From NCBI GenBank assembly GCA_046758965.1, contig JBHIBG010000081.1, positions 1 through 12,592 of the forward strand: 12,592 nt of DNA, given 5' to 3'. The position numbers were made by a program, and so were the translations under genes. Under the pieces are notes generated by a model. The model made no database searches, was not told the DNA's origin, and worked only from the letters and a program-made list of their open reading frames with translations. Shown here one piece after another: positions 7,749 to 12,592 of this stretch; positions within the stretch are counted from its first letter, which is position 1, and each line of letters starts with the position of its first letter. This DNA comes from Candidatus Methylomirabilia bacterium (GTDB lineage Bacteria; Methylomirabilota; Methylomirabilia; Rokubacteriales; CSP1-6).

Positions 7749-8738
7749 CTACTGGGCCGCACCGAGGGTGTGCTTCTCCTTGCGAATCAGGACGCGGTCG
7801 ATCGCGCCGAGGATGTGCTCTGTGGTCAGCCCGTAAGCTCGGAACAGCTCCTCCGGGGTTCCCGATTCGGCAAAGGTGTCCTCGAGCCCGACGAACTCTA
7901 TCGGCGCGGGATGGCGCTGGACCGCGGCCTGGGCGACCAAGCTCCCCAGCCCCAGCCTCACCAGGTGTTCCTCGGCCACCACGATCGCCCCGGTTTCCTC
8001 GGCCGCCATCTCGATAGTCGCCTCGTCCAGCGGCTTGGCCGTGTGGCAGTCAATGACCCGGACGTGGATCCCTTTTCGCTCGGCTAGCTCTGCGGCCTGA
8101 CACGCGACCGCCACCATCAACCCGTTGGCGATCACCGTCACGTCGTCGCCGTCGGACAGGGTCTTGGCGCGCCCGAACGAGAAGCGCTCGCCGGGGGCAT
8201 AGATCCGGGGAGCCTTGGGCCGTCCCACCCGGAGGTAGACGGGGCCGTAGTGCTCGGCCGCGGCTCGCACCAGCGCCTGCGTGGCGACCGCGTCGGCCGG
8301 TACGGCCACGGTGAAGCCGGGCAGGCAGCAGGCCAAGGCCAGATCCTCGATCGACTGCTGCGAGGGGCCGTCCTCGCCCAGGCTGATGCCCCCGTGACTC
8401 CCAACGAAGTTGACGTTGAACTCCGCGTAGGCGCAGCAGACACGAAGCTGCTCGTACCCTTTGCACATCAGGAAAGAGGCGAAGCTCGATGCGAACGGGA
8501 TCATGCCGCCGGCTGCCAGGCCGGCGGCCATGGAGGACATGTTCGCCTCGGCGATGCCGACGTCGAAGAACCGATCGGGGAACTTCTTGCCAAACAGGCC
8601 GGTGTAGGTGGACTTGGACAGATCGGCGTCCAGCACGACGATCCGGGGGTTCTCCTCGCCCAGCTCCACCAACGCGCGCCCGTAGGCCTCACGGGTAGCC
8701 ATGCCGAGCTCCATCGGGGATGGCCACCGCCGGATCAC
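7749..8738 (-). CDS. tkt: Transketolase, C-terminal subunit
   Basis: Motifs ATREAYG, DADLSKST, DVGIAEANM, GEDGPSQQSIED, PVYLR, KPLD and EEH. GTG at 8738 overlaps the upstream stop (GTGA) and follows GGAGGTG. Alternative start is ATG 8714. Confidence 0.93.
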   Translation of the reverse strand: MIRRWPSPMELGMATREAYGRALVELGEENPRIVVLDADLSKSTYTGLFGKKFPDRFFDVGIAEANMSSMAAGLAAGGMIPFASSFASFLMCKGYEQLRVCCAYAEFNVNFVGSHGGISLGEDGPSQQSIEDLALACCLPGFTVAVPADAVATQALVRAAAEHYGPVYLRVGRPKAPRIYAPGERFSFGRAKTLSDGDDVTVIANGLMVAVACQAAELAERKGIHVRVIDCHTAKPLDEATIEMAAEETGAIVVAEEHLVRLGLGSLVAQAAVQRHPAPIEFVGLEDTFAESGTPEELFRAYGLTTEHILGAIDRVLIRKEKHTLGAAQ

Positions 8739-9577
8739 GACTTCACCTCCGCGCCGATCTCCTGGAGCGCCTGTTGCACGAGTTCCGGCTTGTCCGGAAT
8801 GCTGCCGTGGTATTTGATCTGGTTCTCCATGTAGGACACTCCCTTGCCCTTCACCGTGGAAGCGACAATGACGGTTGGCCGGTCCGTGATCCGCGCAGCC
8901 TCTGCGAAGGCGCTCAGGATCTGCTCGACATTGTGCCCGTCGATCTCGAGGGTGTTCCACTTGAAGGCGCGCCACTTGTCGGCCAGGGGCTCGAGGTCCG
9001 TGATCTGGTCCACGCCAGCATCGAGCTGGAGCCGGTTGTAATCCACGATCGCGCAGAGGTTCCCCAGCTTGACGTGCGGGGCATACATGGCTGCCTCCCA
9101 GATCTGCCCTTCCTCGCACTCGCCATCGCCCAGGAGGACGTAGGTGCGTGACGGGCTCCCGCGCAGTCGGGCGGCGAGGGCGAGGCCGACCCCCATGCTG
9201 AGGCCGATCCCGAGCGAGCCGGTGGAAGCTTCAATGAGCCCGAGCTTGCGGCGATCCGGATGCCCCTGCAGCGGGCTGCCGAAGCGCCGCAGGGAGGTCA
9301 GCAAGTCATGGGTGATGTATCCCGCCTCGGCGAGCGCGGCGTAGAGCACCGGACAGGCGTGCCCCTTGGACAGGATGAACCGGTCCCGGTCCTCCCAGAA
9401 CGGGTCATCAGCCTTGTGCCGCATGACGGCGAAATACAGGCAGGTGACGATATCGGCGGCAGACAGGCTCCCTCCCGGATGCCCGGAGCCCGCGGCCACC
9501 AGCATCTCAATGACCAACCTGCGGACTCGCGAGGCCCGATCCTTGAGCTTCCCGATGTCGCCAGGCTTTCGTTGCAT
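8735..9577 (-). CDS. tkt: Transketolase, N-terminal (TPP-binding) subunit
   Basis: Motifs SGHPGGSLS, DRFILSKGH, LQGHP, STGSLG, the GDGE...N TPP motif and TVKGKG. AAGGAGGG precedes the ATG at 9577. Confidence 0.95.
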   Translation of the reverse strand: MQRKPGDIGKLKDRASRVRRLVIEMLVAAGSGHPGGSLSAADIVTCLYFAVMRHKADDPFWEDRDRFILSKGHACPVLYAALAEAGYITHDLLTSLRRFGSPLQGHPDRRKLGLIEASTGSLGIGLSMGVGLALAARLRGSPSRTYVLLGDGECEEGQIWEAAMYAPHVKLGNLCAIVDYNRLQLDAGVDQITDLEPLADKWRAFKWNTLEIDGHNVEQILSAFAEAARITDRPTVIVASTVKGKGVSYMENQIKYHGSIPDKPELVQQALQEIGAEVKS

Positions 9578-9720
9578 GCTCAACCCTCCTTCCTCGTCAG
9601 CTCCCCGAGCGCTCGACCCCTTCCCAGCACCGCCTCGGCGAACTGGCGGCCAGAATCACGACCGGAATGCCATGCCGGTCCGCACACCCGGTCTGTCGCT
9701 GTCGAGGCCCAAACGATGAG

Positions 9721-10422
9721 TCACGGCCGGGATTCCTTTCGCACGAGTTCGTGCACGCTTCCCCGTTCCGCGACCAGCACGACGTCGGCGGTGCCGAGGA
9801 AGAGGCCCGTATCGACGATGCCGGGGATGGCGCGGAGGGCGCGCTCCAGTCCGGCGGGATCCTCAATGGGAGCGACGGCGCAGTCTAGAATCGCGTTTCC
9901 GTTGTCGGTCACGAACGGACGTTCCTCTACGGTTCTGACGGCGGGTTGGAGCCCGAGGGCTTCCAGCCGCCGACGACAGAGCGGAACGGCAAAGGGAGTG
10001 ACTTCAACCGGGAGCCGGCCGCGACTGCCGAGAACGGGCACCAGCTTGTCCGCCAGCACGAGAATTACCTGACGCCGGGAGGCCGCGGCGACGATGCGCT
10101 CGCGGACCAGCGCCCCTCCATACCCCTTGATCAGGTTCAAGCGGGAGTCGACCTCATCAGCCCCGTCAACGGTGACATCGAGGAGCGATTCCCCGAGCTC
10201 GGTGAGCGGAATCCCCAGCTCCCGGGCGAGCCGCTCCGTCGGCTGAGAGGTGGGGACACCCCGGACGGAGAGCCCAGCCCGGATCCGAACTACCAGCGCA
10301 TGGAGAAAAGCGGTCGCCGCGCTCCCTGAACCCAAGCCGACAACGGTGCCATCCTGCACGAACTCCAGGGCGCGGGCGGCAAGGAGTGCCAGCGAATCGT
10401 CGTCAACGGCGGGTGCGCTCAT
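9721..10422 (-). CDS. rpiA: Ribose-5-phosphate isomerase A
   Basis: Motifs VVGLGSGS, VPTS, DGADEVD, LIKGYGGALVRERIVA, LPVEV, TDNGN and GLF. ATG at 10422 gives 233 aa, the typical length. The RBS is weak. Confidence 0.94.
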   Translation of the reverse strand: MSAPAVDDDSLALLAARALEFVQDGTVVGLGSGSAATAFLHALVVRIRAGLSVRGVPTSQPTERLARELGIPLTELGESLLDVTVDGADEVDSRLNLIKGYGGALVRERIVAAASRRQVILVLADKLVPVLGSRGRLPVEVTPFAVPLCRRRLEALGLQPAVRTVEERPFVTDNGNAILDCAVAPIEDPAGLERALRAIPGIVDTGLFLGTADVVLVAERGSVHELVRKESRP

Positions 10423-10432
10423 GAATTGACCT

Positions 10433-10446
10433 GGCAAACCATTGCC
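10433..10446. promoter_or_regulatory. Candidate operator (LacI-family-like dyad) upstream of rpiA
   Basis: GGCAA-ACCA-TTGCC, 10 nt upstream of the rpiA ATG. Confidence 0.3.
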
Positions 10447-10559
10447 CTCGCTCTGGGTGCGAGTCTGTTCAGCCACCAGCTCGACTGTGCCGTAGCTGCG
10501 GGGCGCCCCTTCTGCTGGTGACCAATCGCCAGACAGAGGGGAAATCATGGCCCGAGGAA

Positions 10560-10568
10560 AGTCTACCA
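10560..10568 (-). promoter_or_regulatory. Candidate extended -10 promoter for the sugar-phosphate operon
   Basis: Minus strand TGG-TAGACT (TGn plus -10). No good -35 element. Confidence 0.3.
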
Positions 10569-10669
10569 CGGCTTTCGAGGGGTCATGGCATGCGAAGGTC
10601 TTACCCATTCCAGGTATGTTCAAGCCGCCGCGGGAGATCACGAACTGCTTTGCTTCAAAAGCTTTCTCC

Positions 10670-10699
10670 TTGACGCCGGCGTTCATGACCTGATATAAG
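10670..10699 (+). promoter_or_regulatory. Putative sigma70 promoter for the TPR/beta-barrel gene
   Basis: TTGACG (10670-10675), 18-nt spacer ending in TGA (extended -10), then TATAAG (10694-10699). Confidence 0.55.
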
Positions 10700-10766
10700 C
10701 ACGAGCATCTCTCCGAAACGCCGGCAGTGGCTCGGTCAGTTTCTTCATAGCTCGCGCGGCTTCCCA

Positions 10767-12362
10767 ATGGAACCTCGAAAACCTGGAACGAAGGGTAACA
10801 CCCCGGGAAGCGGCTCTCTTCTCGCCGCCCTTGCGCTCCTCTGGTGTGTCCTCCTCTTCGGCCTGTGGGTTGGCGCGGTCGCTGCCCAGGTATCTGAGGC
10901 CGACGTCTTTGTCGCTCAGGCCATCCTGGCGTACGAGGAGAAGCGCTACGAGGACGCGCTCGGCCTCCTTCGCGAAGCGCGGGAGCTGGATTCGGAGAAT
11001 GTCGATGCGCTCTACTACACCGGCCTCGTCTATCTCGCCCTGAAGCGGATCGACGCCGCCGTGGAGGTCCTGGAAGCAGCCCGAGCCAAGGCCCCCACGG
11101 AGCTCTCCATCCTTTTCCAGCTCGGAGTGGCCTACTTCGCCCAGGAGCGGTATGACCAGGCTGAGCCTCTCCTCACCCAGATCTTCAACGAGCGACCCCA
11201 GACAGACAGCGCCGGGTATTACGTCGGCTTCATGCGCTACCGCCGGAAGGAGTACCAGGGGGCGCTCCGGGCGTTTCAGGTCGGGACCTCGACTGACCCC
11301 AATATCCAGCAGCTGACTCGGTTCTACGCGGGGCTGGCGCTGGCGATCCTGGGGTTACCCGAGCGGGCAGTCGCAGAGGTGGAGGAAGCCCTCAGGCTCC
11401 AGCCGGTCTCACCCCTGACCGGGCCGGCTGAGCGGCTGCGGGACACTATCGTCGCCGCCCGGGAGCGTGAGCGGCGCTTCCGGGGCGAGGTTCGCCTCGG
11501 CTTCTTCTACGACACCAACGTCCCCGTCACCCCGGACTCCAGCAACGACCGGGTCGCAGAGCGGATCCGGAACCAGACCCAAGAAAGTGAAAGCCCGGGG
11601 GAGCTGGCTGCGGTGCGCCTGGAGTACTCCTGGTTCCGCAGCGGCCCCTGGGAGGCGACGGCGACCTATTCGTTCTTCCAGACTGTCAACAACGACATCG
11701 CAGAGTTCAACATCCAGGACCACCTGGGCGCGCTGAGCGGCTTCTCCCGCGGCGCCGTGGCGGGGATGCCGTATCAGCTCGGAACCCAGTACGCCTTCGA
11801 TTACCTCACGCTGGATAACGACGAGTTCCTCCTGCGCAACACCATCACCCTCTTCGCCACCCTCCTCGAGAACGCCGGCAACCTCACCACTGTGCAGACC
11901 CGCGTCCAGTTCAAGGAGTTCTCGGACGACTCTAACTTGCCGTCCGAGGAAGTACGCGACGCCACGAACTGGATGCTGGGCTTCCTGCACATCTTCCGCT
12001 TCGAGGCTGACAAGCACCTGATCCGGCTCGGCTATCAGTTCGACGTGGAAGATGCCGAGGGGCGCAACTTCGAATACCGGGGGCACCGGATCCTCGCCGG
12101 GGGGCAGTACACCCTGCCGTGGCGTGAGACGCGCCTGAGCTATGACTTGGACGTGCACTTCAGGAACTATACGAATGCCCACTCGATCCTCACCCGGGAG
12201 CAGGCGGACACCGAGGTAACCCACGTCGTTAGGGTAGAGCAGCCCCTCCTGTACAACCTGACTCTCTCGGCCGAGTACCAGGCCATCATCAGCGGCTCCA
12301 ACCTCGCGGTCTTCGACTTCACTCGGCAGGTCTCCTCCCTGATCGTCTCCTGGCAGTTCTAG
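10767..12362 (+). CDS. Exported TPR-repeat protein with a C-terminal outer-membrane beta-barrel (Slam/DUF560-like architecture)
   Basis: Hydrophobic signal with AVAA|Q cleavage site. Several TPR-like units (ALYYTGLVY, ILFQLGVAYF, AGYYVGFMRY, RFYAGLAL). Then amphipathic beta strands starting GFFYDTNV and ending LIVSWQF (terminal Phe, BAM-type signal). 531 aa. Exact start uncertain because the RBS is weak. Confidence 0.85.
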   Translation: MEPRKPGTKGNTPGSGSLLAALALLWCVLLFGLWVGAVAAQVSEADVFVAQAILAYEEKRYEDALGLLREARELDSENVDALYYTGLVYLALKRIDAAVEVLEAARAKAPTELSILFQLGVAYFAQERYDQAEPLLTQIFNERPQTDSAGYYVGFMRYRRKEYQGALRAFQVGTSTDPNIQQLTRFYAGLALAILGLPERAVAEVEEALRLQPVSPLTGPAERLRDTIVAARERERRFRGEVRLGFFYDTNVPVTPDSSNDRVAERIRNQTQESESPGELAAVRLEYSWFRSGPWEATATYSFFQTVNNDIAEFNIQDHLGALSGFSRGAVAGMPYQLGTQYAFDYLTLDNDEFLLRNTITLFATLLENAGNLTTVQTRVQFKEFSDDSNLPSEEVRDATNWMLGFLHIFRFEADKHLIRLGYQFDVEDAEGRNFEYRGHRILAGGQYTLPWRETRLSYDLDVHFRNYTNAHSILTREQADTEVTHVVRVEQPLLYNLTLSAEYQAIISGSNLAVFDFTRQVSSLIVSWQF

Positions 12363-12555
12363 TTTCAAACCTGGCGTTCCGCGAGCCTGGCGGGTTTCTG
12401 GGTAGCGAAGCGTCAGGGCGAGGACTCAAACCACTCTAACGCGGCCGAGTCGTGCCCCGGCGCGGCATGAGAGGCAGAGGAGAAGGTCCGCTACTGGGCC
12501 GTAGAGGTGACCGAACTTGCTAAAAGGCTCACCGCGATGAGGGGGACGTTAGGGA

Positions 12556-12592
12556 ATGACAGACAGGATCGACCTGAATCCCTTCATTTTTG
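12556..12592 (+). CDS. Partial CDS, possibly a DUF433-family protein
   Basis: Purine-rich AGGGGG/AGGGA upstream. Reads MTDRIDLNPFIF before the window ends, resembling the DUF433 N-terminus (RI..nP.i.gGkP). Only 12 codons are visible. Confidence 0.4.
   Translation, partial: MTDRIDLNPFIF

Noticed and set aside
7740..7751. tkt-C TAG is in frame with tal-pgi, raising possible readthrough to a triple fusion
   Set aside because: One-in-three chance. The TAG is part of the AGGAGG RBS for tal-pgi and no recoding signal is evident.
8739..9119. N-terminal extension of the transketolase C subunit, or a frameshifted single tkt
   Set aside because: Overlaps the N subunit out of frame. A dedicated RBS and GTGA coupling indicate a genuine two-gene transketolase, not a pseudogene.
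10432..10448. Sigma54 promoter-like TGGCA...TTGC
   Set aside because: On + the GG-GC spacing is one base short and it points away from rpiA. On - the -24 element is a poor match.
10423..10767. N-terminal extension of rpiA in the 348-aa track ORF
   Set aside because: No recognisable domain. It spans the divergent promoter region, and RpiA homology starts near 10422.

Overview
GC-rich bacterial window. Most of it is an eight-gene minus-strand sugar-phosphate operon, transcribed right to left: rpiA, split transketolase (N and C subunits), fused transaldolase/phosphoglucose isomerase, short-type gnd, class I fbp, class I aldolase fbaB and glk. No zwf, pgl or rpe lies in it. The left end holds the C-terminus of a protein with RGQEVQAP repeats, a perfect bidirectional terminator, a HIT-family hydrolase and, divergent from it, a 33-aa highly basic CxxC...HxxC zinc-finger microprotein that the ORF track does not call separately. 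The right end holds a divergently transcribed signal peptide/TPR/beta-barrel outer-membrane protein (Slam/type XI-like architecture) and the start of a possible DUF433-like gene. The repeat protein reminds me of hypothetical proteins from Ca. Rokubacteria/Methylomirabilota; this is recollection only and has not been verified. No rRNA, tRNA, CRISPR array or transposase was seen.
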